Assembly: GCA_963666705.2 (NCBI GenBank)
Contig: CAXXKO010000028.1
Coordinates: 86,431 to 110,430 of the forward strand
Direction: 5' to 3'
From: Alphaproteobacteria bacterium
GTDB taxonomy: Bacteria > Pseudomonadota > Alphaproteobacteria > CADEGL01
DNA: 24,000 bases
Of the stretch, positions 17,478-24,000 are shown in pieces (position 1 is the stretch's first letter; the number at the start of each line of letters is the position of its first letter). The position numbers and the translations under genes are program-made. The notes under the pieces are model-generated. The model saw only the letters and a program-made list of their open reading frames with translations, had not been told where the DNA came from and did not search any database.

Positions 17478-19658
17478 ATGCGCTCGATTCTCTTCCTTGC
17501 GGCCGCCTCCTTCGCGCTCGCCATCGCCCTTGCGGCGCCCGCCCCCGGGCAGGAGTCCGTCTCGACCGGGCGCCCGGTCCTGCTCAGCGCCGACCAGGTC
17601 AGCTACGACGAGGAGCTCGGCATCGTCATCGCCACGGGCAACGTGGAGATCGCCCAGGACGTCCGCGTCCTGATGGCGGACACCGTCACCTACAACGAGC
17701 GCACCAACCAGGTCGTGGCCACCGGCAACGTGAGCCTCCTGGAGCCCGACGGCAACGTCGTCTTCGCCGAGTATGTCGAGCTGACCGACGACATGAAGAA
17801 CGGCGTGGTGCGGGACCTCGCCGTGCTCATGACCGACAACTCGCGCTTCGCGGCCGCCGGCGGCCGGCTCGAGGGCGGCGTGCGGACCCAGTTGCGCAAG
17901 GCCGTCTATTCGCCCTGCGAGCTGTGCGAGGACGATCCCGAGCGCGCGCCCCTATGGCAGCTCAAGGCCGAGAAAGTGGTCCACGATAAGAGGACCCACG
18001 ACATCGAATACACCGATGTCTGGCTCGAGATGGCCGGCATCCCGGTGCTCTATTCGCCCTACCTCTCGCACCCGGATCCGACGGTCAAACGGCGGACCGG
18101 CTTCCTCGCGCCGACCATGGGCAGCGATTCTCAACTGGGCTTCGTCGTCCGCACGCCCTATTACTTCACCATTGGCCCAGACAAGGACGCCACCCTGGAG
18201 CCCATCTTCACCAGCAAGGAACGGGTGGCCCTCGCCGGTGAGTACCGCCAGCGTTTCTCCGATGGCGAGATCGAGGCATCGGGCAGCATCACGCGGGTCC
18301 GCCGCCGGGGCTCCGACGGCGAGCAACTGGACGAGGACAAGACGCGCGGCCACCTCTTCGGCAGCGGACGATTCGACATCAACGAAACCTGGCGCTGGGG
18401 CTTCGACGGGGCCTATGCCACGGACGACACCTATCTACGCCGGTACAAATTCAGCTCCGAGGACACACTCACCACGAGCCCGTTCGCGGAAGGGTTCAGG
18501 GGCCGCAACTACATGTCCGCGCGGGGCTACTATTTCCAGGGCCTGCGGGAGGACGACGACCCCGGCGACACGCCGATCATCCTGCCGCTTGTGGACTATG
18601 CGCATATCGGCGAGCCCGATAGTTACGGCGGCCGGTGGTCGGTCGACGCGGACCTCATGAACCTCACGCGCACGTCCGGAACGGACAGCCGGCGCCTCTC
18701 GCTCAAGCTCGGATGGATGGCGCCCTACACGTCGTCGTGGGGCGATGCCTGGACGTTTTCGGCCAGCGCCCAGAGCGACGCCTACTGGGTGGAAGAGGTC
18801 AAGAAGCCCAACAACCCGAACGGCGACACGCTCAACGGGCTTACCGGCCGCTTCTTTCCCCAGGTGATGATCGAGTGGCGCCATCCCTTCGTCCGCGAGT
18901 CGAGCTCGGGCGCCTTCCGCCAACTGATCGAGCCGGTGGCGGCGCTGGTGGTGGCGCCGAATGGCGGCAACCCGGGAAAGATCCCGAACGAGGACAGTCA
19001 GGATTTCGAGTTCGACGACACCAACCTGTTCAGCGCCAACCGTTTTCCCGGGCTCGACCGGGTCAATGGCGGCCAGCGGTTCGTCTATGGCATGAAGGGC
19101 GGCGTCTACGGCAATTCGGGCGGCAGCTCCGAGTTCTTCCTCGGCCAGAGCTACCGCTTCCGGGCCGACGATACGTTCGACGAGGGGTCGGGCCTTCGCG
19201 ACCGCCAATCGGACATCGTCGGCCGCGTCCAGGCGGCGCCCAACAGGTACCTCGATCTCCTGTACCGCTTTCGCCTCGCGCGCACCGATTTCGGCCCCAT
19301 CCGCAACGAGGTCAAGGTGGGGGTCGGGGGCCGAGCCCTTCGCCTCAACCTCGGCTACGTCTTCTTCGCCCAGAACAAAATCGACAGCGAGTTCCCCGAG
19401 CGCGAGGAGCTCAATATCGGCGTGCGATCCCAGGTCACCGAATACTGGTCGGTGCGGGCGACCCACCGCCGGGACCTGACGAGCGACGGCGGTGCCCTTT
19501 CGACGCGCCTCGGGCTCGGCTACGAGGACGAATGCTTTACTTTCAACGTCGGTATCGAGCGTAACTTTTTCCGTGGCCGGGATTTCGAATCTTCCGATAC
19601 CGTGCTATTCCGAGTGCTCTTCAAGGGCCTCGGCGAGGCTCGCTCGACGGTCAAGTAG
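17478..19658 (+). CDS. lptD: LPS-assembly outer-membrane protein LptD
   Basis: 726 aa. Signal peptide MRSILFLAAASFALAIALAAPAPG, an OstA-like N-terminal domain (LSADQVSYDEELGIVIATGNVEI...) and a large C-terminal beta-barrel region. It lies upstream of surA. Confidence 0.9.
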   Translation: MRSILFLAAASFALAIALAAPAPGQESVSTGRPVLLSADQVSYDEELGIVIATGNVEIAQDVRVLMADTVTYNERTNQVVATGNVSLLEPDGNVVFAEYVELTDDMKNGVVRDLAVLMTDNSRFAAAGGRLEGGVRTQLRKAVYSPCELCEDDPERAPLWQLKAEKVVHDKRTHDIEYTDVWLEMAGIPVLYSPYLSHPDPTVKRRTGFLAPTMGSDSQLGFVVRTPYYFTIGPDKDATLEPIFTSKERVALAGEYRQRFSDGEIEASGSITRVRRRGSDGEQLDEDKTRGHLFGSGRFDINETWRWGFDGAYATDDTYLRRYKFSSEDTLTTSPFAEGFRGRNYMSARGYYFQGLREDDDPGDTPIILPLVDYAHIGEPDSYGGRWSVDADLMNLTRTSGTDSRRLSLKLGWMAPYTSSWGDAWTFSASAQSDAYWVEEVKKPNNPNGDTLNGLTGRFFPQVMIEWRHPFVRESSSGAFRQLIEPVAALVVAPNGGNPGKIPNEDSQDFEFDDTNLFSANRFPGLDRVNGGQRFVYGMKGGVYGNSGGSSEFFLGQSYRFRADDTFDEGSGLRDRQSDIVGRVQAAPNRYLDLLYRFRLARTDFGPIRNEVKVGVGGRALRLNLGYVFFAQNKIDSEFPEREELNIGVRSQVTEYWSVRATHRRDLTSDGGALSTRLGLGYEDECFTFNVGIERNFFRGRDFESSDTVLFRVLFKGLGEARSTVK

Positions 19659-19673
19659 AGGCCCCGCCAAGGG

Positions 19674-19691
19674 CACCCTGGCGACAGGGTG
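19674..19691 (+). other. 7-bp stem, GCGA tetraloop hairpin in the lptD-surA spacer
   Basis: caccctg gcga cagggtg is a perfect 7-bp stem with a GNRA-type loop. It lies 16 nt after the lptD stop and 12 nt before the surA ATG. Confidence 0.4.
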
Positions 19692-19702
19692 AGACATAAC
19701 GA

Positions 19703-21025
19703 ATGCCGGATACGCACCCACGGCGAAAACCAGCGACCGGCCGCCCGGCGGCGGGGCGGCGATGCGCCTTCGCCGCGGTGCTGAGGGGGGCGCTGCTGCT
19801 CGCCGCGATCGTGGTCGCGGGCCCGGCCCAGGCGCAGGAGGTCATGCGCATCGCCGCGGTGGTCAACGACGAGGTCATCTCGGTCTACGACCTGAGCGCG
19901 CGGATGCGGCTGGTGCTGATCTCCTCGGGCCTCGAGGACACGCAAGAGGTCCGCAATCGCCTGGTCCCCCAGGTCCTCCGCGGCCTCGTCGACGAGAGGC
20001 TCCAGCTCCAGGAAGCCAAGCGCCTCAACATCTCCGTGCGCCAGGACCGCATCGACGAGGCCCTCCACACCATAGAAGAGCAGAACGAGATGGCGGCCGG
20101 GGGGCTCGACGCCTTTCTCGGCCGCGCGGGCGTCGACCGCGCAACCATCGAGGAGCAGGTGCGCGCGGGTATCTCTTGGGCGCGCCTCCTCGAACGCGAG
20201 TCCAAGATCAGCGTCATCGTGACCGATGAGGAGGTCGACGAGGTCATCGCCCGCATCGATGCCAATCGCGGCCGGCCACAGAGCCTGGTCTCGGAAATCT
20301 TCCTGGCGGTGGATTCGGTGGACGAGGCGCGCGAGGTGGAGGTGGCCGCCTTGCGCCTCACGGAACAGATACGCGCGGGCGCCAACTTCCAAGCCCTCGC
20401 CCAACAGTTCTCGCAAAGCGCCACGGCGGCCGTGGGTGGCGATCTCGGCTGGATGCAGGAGGGTCAGCTTTCGCCGGAGATCGAGCAGGCCCTGGCATCG
20501 GTCGAGCCGGGCCAGATCACGCCGCCCGTCCGGACCCTCACGGGCTTCCATATCCTGCAACTGCGCAAGCGGCAGATGTTCGCGGCGGCCAACATGGACG
20601 ATGTCGTCGTGACCCTCGAGAACCTCTATTTCGAGCTCCCCCGCAATGCGAGCGAGGACGACGCCCAGAGCGCGCGGGACTTGGCCGCCGTCATCAGCGA
20701 CACCGTCGCCAATTGCGGGGACATGCGCTCCCTGCGGGAGGAGAGTGGCGCCACGACCTTCCCGCTGCCGAGAGAGATCCGCGTCGGCGACCTCAACGAG
20801 GAAATCCGCGCAACGGTCGGTGGCCTCGAGATAGACGATGCCAGTCCGCCGCTCGCCATCGGCGCCGGGGTGATGGTGCTCATGGTGTGCAGTCGAACCC
20901 AGCCGCCCGGCGGGATCGACCGCGAGGAGATCCGCGAGACCCTGGTCTCTCAGCAACTCGACGTGCTCGCGCGCCGCGTGATGCGCGACCTCCGCCGGGC
21001 CGCCTTCATCGACCTGCGCCTATGA
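19703..21025 (+). CDS. surA: Periplasmic chaperone / peptidyl-prolyl isomerase SurA
   Basis: 440 aa. Signal peptide ending AGPAQAQE, a SurA N-terminal chaperone domain, and a parvulin PPIase block GGDLGWMQEGQLSPEIEQAL...TGFHILQL. Confidence 0.88.
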   Translation: MPDTHPRRKPATGRPAAGRRCAFAAVLRGALLLAAIVVAGPAQAQEVMRIAAVVNDEVISVYDLSARMRLVLISSGLEDTQEVRNRLVPQVLRGLVDERLQLQEAKRLNISVRQDRIDEALHTIEEQNEMAAGGLDAFLGRAGVDRATIEEQVRAGISWARLLERESKISVIVTDEEVDEVIARIDANRGRPQSLVSEIFLAVDSVDEAREVEVAALRLTEQIRAGANFQALAQQFSQSATAAVGGDLGWMQEGQLSPEIEQALASVEPGQITPPVRTLTGFHILQLRKRQMFAAANMDDVVVTLENLYFELPRNASEDDAQSARDLAAVISDTVANCGDMRSLREESGATTFPLPREIRVGDLNEEIRATVGGLEIDDASPPLAIGAGVMVLMVCSRTQPPGGIDREEIRETLVSQQLDVLARRVMRDLRRAAFIDLRL

Positions 21026-22074
21026 GGGGACGCGCCGCCGCTCCGGCGGCCGGGGGCGAGGCGCCGCTCGCCCTCACCCTCGGCGAGCCGGCGGGGATCT
21101 GCGGCGAGATCGCGTGCCGGGCCTGGCGCGCGCTCAGCGCCTCGGGACCCGTCTTCTTCGCCATCGGCGACCCGGCGTACTACGAGCGCACCGCGAGCGA
21201 CCTCGGGCTCTCGACGCCGGTGGCCGCCATCGATTCGCCCGCGGCGGCGGCGGCGGTCTTCCCCGGGGCGCTGCCCGTGCTCGGCCAGCGGCTGCCGGCA
21301 CCGGCCGTCGCGGGCCGGCCCGACCCGGCCAACGGCGCGGCGGTGACCGCGTCGATCGAGCGCGCCGTCGAATTGGCCCTGGCGGGGCAAGCGGCGGGTC
21401 TCGTCACCAACCCCATCCACAAGCGCACCCTCTACGATTCGGGCTTCGCCTATCCCGGCCACACCGAGCTCCTCGCCGCCCTGGCCGGCCCGGCATACCG
21501 GCCGGCGATGATGCTGGCCTGTGAGGGGTTGAGGGTAGTGCCCGTCACCATCCACCTGTCGCTGGCCGAGGCCCTCACGCGCCTCGATGCGGACACGATC
21601 GTCGCCCAGGGCGAGATCACGGCCGCGGCGCTCAGGCGGGATTTCGCCATTGCGCGGCCGCGCCTCGCGATCGCCGCCCTCAACCCCCATGGCGGCGAGG
21701 ACGGCCATATGGGGCGCGAGGAGATCGAGATCATCGCCCCGGCGGCCGAGCGCCTGCGCCGCGCGGGGATCGAGGTCCTGGGCCCGGCCCCGGCGGATAC
21801 CCTGTTCCACGCGGCCGCGCGGACGCGCTACGACGCCGCCCTCTGCATGTATCACGACCAGGCGCTGATCCCGCTCAAGACCATCGATTTCGACGGCGGC
21901 GTCAACCTCACCCTCGGCCTGCCTTTCGTGCGCGCCTCGCCCGACCATGGCACGGCGCTCGACATCGCCGGCCGCGGCGAGGCCAACCCCGCCAGCCTGA
22001 TCGCCGCCCTCCGCATCGCCCGCGAGATAGCCAGCAACCGCGCGAGGGCGGCCGGAGCGCGGGCGGCCGTCTAG
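21022..22074 (+). CDS. pdxA: 4-hydroxythreonine-4-phosphate dehydrogenase
   Basis: 350 aa from ATG 21022, which overlaps the surA stop (ATGA). LALTLGEPAGICGEI, YPGHTELLA, LNPHGGEDGHMGREE and the C-terminal RASPDHGTALDIAG are PdxA motifs. Confidence 0.9.
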   Translation: MRGRAAAPAAGGEAPLALTLGEPAGICGEIACRAWRALSASGPVFFAIGDPAYYERTASDLGLSTPVAAIDSPAAAAAVFPGALPVLGQRLPAPAVAGRPDPANGAAVTASIERAVELALAGQAAGLVTNPIHKRTLYDSGFAYPGHTELLAALAGPAYRPAMMLACEGLRVVPVTIHLSLAEALTRLDADTIVAQGEITAAALRRDFAIARPRLAIAALNPHGGEDGHMGREEIEIIAPAAERLRRAGIEVLGPAPADTLFHAAARTRYDAALCMYHDQALIPLKTIDFDGGVNLTLGLPFVRASPDHGTALDIAGRGEANPASLIAALRIAREIASNRARAAGARAAV

Positions 22075-22088
22075 GAGACCGGACCATG
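22073..22088 (+). promoter_or_regulatory. Intact Shine-Dalgarno plus ATG of the inferred ancestral rsmA start
   Basis: AGGAG at 22073-22077 overlaps the pdxA TAG, followed by an 8-nt spacer and ATG 22086-22088. This ATG is out of frame with rsmA today, and in frame once the 266 bp (element plus one TA) are removed. Confidence 0.6.
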
Positions 22089-22095
22089 GCCGGTT

Positions 22096-22131
22096 CTAGT
22101 ACCCACTTTCATAATTCCGTGTGCCATACGA
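22096..22131. repeat. Left terminal inverted repeat of the MITE-like element
   Basis: ctagtacccactttcataattccgtgtgccatacga. Its reverse complement matches 22330-22365 at 35 of 36 positions. Confidence 0.9.
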
Positions 22132-22362
22132 CGGCGCCCCGAGGTTCCCGGCTAGGAGGGTGGCGCGCCGTGATGCCGGGGCATCACAAGCGGCGCGCGA
22201 CGACGTCCGGGGGCCTCGGGGCGCCGCCCTACGGGTCGCTTTTCCCGCCCCCTCGGGGCGTCGAGGACGCTGGACGATGCCCCGGCATCGCCGGCGCGCC
22301 CCCTCCTACCGAGGAGACGGGAAAAGCGATCGTATGGCACACGGAATTATGAAAGTGGGTTC
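22099..22362. mobile_element. 264-bp non-autonomous MITE-like element inserted in the 5' end of rsmA
   Basis: 31-bp perfect terminal inverted repeats (22101-22131 acccactttcataattccgtgtgccatacga versus 22330-22360), extending to 36 bp with one mismatch. It is flanked by TA within CTAG on both sides (22096-22099 and 22362-22365), which is also an 8-bp direct repeat GGTTCTAG (22092-22099 and 22358-22365). The AT-rich ends contrast with the GC-rich host. There is no room for a transposase. Confidence 0.8.
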
Positions 22363-22365
22363 TAG
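22330..22365. repeat. Right terminal inverted repeat of the MITE-like element (carries the present rsmA start codons)
   Basis: tcgtatggcacacggaattatgaaagtgggttctag. Contains in-frame ATG 22334, ATG 22349 and GTG 22355. Confidence 0.9.
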
Positions 22366-23218
22366 CCCGGGCGACGCCCCTCCCCTGCGCGAGGTCATCG
22401 CCCGGCACGGCCTCTCGGCCCGGCGCTCCCTGGGCCAGCATTTCCTCCTCGACCTCAACCTGACGCGGCGCATCGCCCGCGCCGCGGGGCCGCTCCAGGG
22501 CGCCCAGGTGATCGAGGTGGGCCCGGGCCCCGGCGGCCTCACCCGCGCGCTCCTCGCCGAGGGCGCGGCCCACGTCCACGCCATCGAGCGCGACGCCCGC
22601 TGTATCGCGGCCTTGCGCGAGCTCGAGGCGGCGGCGCCCGGGCGCCTCACCATCATCGAGGGGGACGCGCGTGAGATCGACGCCGCCGCCCTCGTGCCCG
22701 CGCCGCGGCGCATCGTCGCCAACCTGCCCTACAACCTCGCGACCGTGCTCCTGCGCCGCTGGCTCAGCCAGGCCGACGCCTTCGAGAGCCTGACCCTGAT
22801 GTTCCAGAAGGAGGTCGCGGACCGCCTGGCCGCGTCACCCGGCGGCAAGACCTATGGCCGCCTGAGCATCCTCGCCCAATGGCTGTGCGAGGTGCGGGTC
22901 CTGTTCGAGATTCCGGCCGCCGCCTTCACCCCGCAGCCCAAGGTGACCTCGGCGCTCGTCGGCCTGCGGCCCCGCGCGGCACCATTGGCGGCGGCGGAGA
23001 TCGGCGTGCTGGAGCGGGTCACGGGCGCCGCCTTCGGTCAGCGGCGCAAGATGCTGCGCTCGAGCCTGCGCGCGCTCGGCGGCGACGTGGGCGCGTTGCT
23101 GGCGGCGACGGGAATCGACCCCACGGCCCGGGCCGAGACCCTCACGGTGGTGGAGCTCTGTGCCCTGGCGCGCGCGCTCGCGGCGCGGGAACGGGCCGAA
23201 TCGGCCAAGGTTTGTTAG
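22334..23218 (+). CDS. rsmA: 16S rRNA (adenine1518/1519-N6)-dimethyltransferase RsmA/KsgA
   Basis: PPLREVIARHGLSARRSLGQHFLLDLNLTRRIARAAG and the SAM motif VIEVGPGPGGLTRALL, followed by NLPYN. The start is ambiguous: ATG 22334, ATG 22349 or GTG 22355, all inside the right repeat. The frame is open back to GTG 22121. Confidence 0.85.
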   Translation: MAHGIMKVGSSPGDAPPLREVIARHGLSARRSLGQHFLLDLNLTRRIARAAGPLQGAQVIEVGPGPGGLTRALLAEGAAHVHAIERDARCIAALRELEAAAPGRLTIIEGDAREIDAAALVPAPRRIVANLPYNLATVLLRRWLSQADAFESLTLMFQKEVADRLAASPGGKTYGRLSILAQWLCEVRVLFEIPAAAFTPQPKVTSALVGLRPRAAPLAAAEIGVLERVTGAAFGQRRKMLRSSLRALGGDVGALLAATGIDPTARAETLTVVELCALARALAARERAESAKVC

Positions 23219-23271
23219 GGTAGATGGAAACAGAATGTAATAAAAACAATAGGTTGGTGGAATCGACTCCG

Positions 23272-23291
23272 AACCTTGACAAACCTTGACA
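23272..23291. repeat. Perfect tandem duplication of the decamer AACCTTGACA
   Basis: aaccttgaca aaccttgaca at 23272-23281 and 23282-23291, giving two TTGACA hexamers 10 bp apart, in the AT-rich convergent spacer between rsmA and gmk. Confidence 0.7.
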
Positions 23292-23375
23292 GCGCACCGC
23301 GTCGGGGCCGTCCACCATTGGGTATATGGGGATCAGGTCCTACCAAGTCAAGCGGCTATCCCGGCCACGCGCGCC

Positions 23376-24000
23376 TCACCGGCCCGCCCGCAGGCCCTTG
23401 ACGAAATCTGACAGGCCGCTCTGTCGCTCGCGGCGCAGGCGCTCGGCGGCGAGGATGGCCTGGACGTGGGCCACGCTCTCCTCCACGCCGTGGTTGATGA
23501 TGATGTAGTCGTACTCGGTGTAGTGGCTCATCTCGTCGGCCGCCTTCGCCATGCGTCGGGCGACCACCTCGTCGCTGTCCTGGGCGCGGGTCTTGAGGCG
23601 GCGCTCGAGCTCGGCCGTCGACGGCGGCAGGATGAAGACACTCACGAGGTCGTCGCGGGCGCTCTCCGCCACCTGCTGGGTGCCCTGCCAGTCGATATCG
23701 AAGAGCACGTCCTGGCCGCCCGCGAGGGCCTCTTCCACCGGCGACCGGGGGGTGCCGTAGTAGTGGTCGAACACTTTCGCGAACTCCAGGAGCCCGCCCC
23801 GGTTTATCATCAGGCTGAAGTCTTCCGACGCCACGAAGTGGTAGTCCACGCCCGCCGCCTCGCCCGGGCGCTGGGGCCGGGTGGTGGCCGAGACCGACAT
23901 GGTGATGCCGCCGTCACGCTCCAGGAGCCGGCGCGAGATGGTCGTCTTACCGGCCCCCGATGGCGAGGACAGCACCAGCATGAGGCCGCGCCGCTTGATG
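23376..24000 (-). CDS. gmk: Guanylate kinase (5' end runs off the window)
   Basis: LMLVLSSPSGAGKTTISRRLLERD (P-loop)...YHFV...FAKVFDHYYGTP...DIDWQGTQQV. The reading frame continues upstream of M at 23981 (..IKRRGL) to the window edge, so the true start probably lies beyond 24000. Confidence 0.9.
   Translation of the reverse strand, partial: IKRRGLMLVLSSPSGAGKTTISRRLLERDGGITMSVSATTRPQRPGEAAGVDYHFVASEDFSLMINRGGLLEFAKVFDHYYGTPRSPVEEALAGGQDVLFDIDWQGTQQVAESARDDLVSVFILPPSTAELERRLKTRAQDSDEVVARRMAKAADEMSHYTEYDYIIINHGVEESVAHVQAILAAERLRRERQSGLSDFVKGLRAGR

Noticed and set aside
22110-22115. CATAAT hexamers in both terminal repeats as outward-facing promoters driving rsmA
   Set aside because: Because of the repeat symmetry, both hexamers point into the element rather than out of it. 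No -35 partner was found.
22121-22333. Long N-terminal extension of rsmA (GTG 22121 or ATG 22277), giving a protein of 313-365 aa
   Set aside because: The extension lies wholly inside the inserted element, is Arg/Pro-rich, and has no counterpart in RsmA proteins, which are about 270-295 aa. It cannot be excluded experimentally, but it is unlikely.
22086-22352. 88-aa ORF (MAGSSTHFHNSVCH...) as a genuine small-protein gene
   Set aside because: It is explained as the ancestral rsmA start reading through an inserted repeat element. The sequence is Pro/Gly/Arg-rich, and its frame is fixed by the palindromic DNA rather than by protein constraints. It is kept only as a possible coupling ORF.
1-24000. 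CRISPR arrays, rRNA/tRNA genes, integrases/transposases, toxin-antitoxin or defence-system genes
   Set aside because: I scanned the intergenic regions and the ORF translations. I found no regularly spaced repeats, no tRNA cloverleaf candidates, no recombinase or nuclease signatures, and no small gene pairs of that type.

Overview
High-GC (about 70%) chromosomal window with alphaproteobacterial-type gene content, almost entirely core housekeeping genes. On the + strand: rnd, a SixA-like histidine phosphatase, purM-purN, and a contiguous envelope cluster lptF-lptG-lptD-surA-pdxA-rsmA(ksgA). On the - strand: a tightly coupled array (DUF2066-like exported protein, CDP-alcohol phosphatidyltransferase, AI-2E permease, hdaA, atypical SDR, FkbM methyltransferase), a small lipoprotein, ndk, holC, pepA, an MBOAT O-acyltransferase with a membrane-anchored partner protein, and a partial gmk. 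No rRNA, tRNA or CRISPR was seen. The most unusual feature is a 264-bp MITE-like element at 22099-22362. It has AT-rich 31-bp perfect terminal inverted repeats (36 bp with one mismatch) and is flanked by a duplicated TA within CTAG (equally an 8-bp direct repeat GGTTCTAG). It is inserted into codon 5 of rsmA. Removing it in silico rejoins an orphaned ATG with an ideal AGGAG Shine-Dalgarno to the rsmA frame. In the current sequence, an ORF from that ancestral ATG reads through the whole element and stops in an ATGA overlap with a new in-frame rsmA start located inside the right repeat. Secondary points: an orphan MBOAT plus SGNH-like pair sitting between pepA and lptF; purM with no canonical start codon at its conserved N-terminus (likely ATA); a chain of 4-nt start/stop overlaps linking lipid and transport genes to hdaA; an SDR lacking the YxxxK motif; and a low-GC non-coding stretch at the left edge. 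The many long Arg/Pro/Gly-rich ORFs in the track are antisense or off-frame shadows of real genes.
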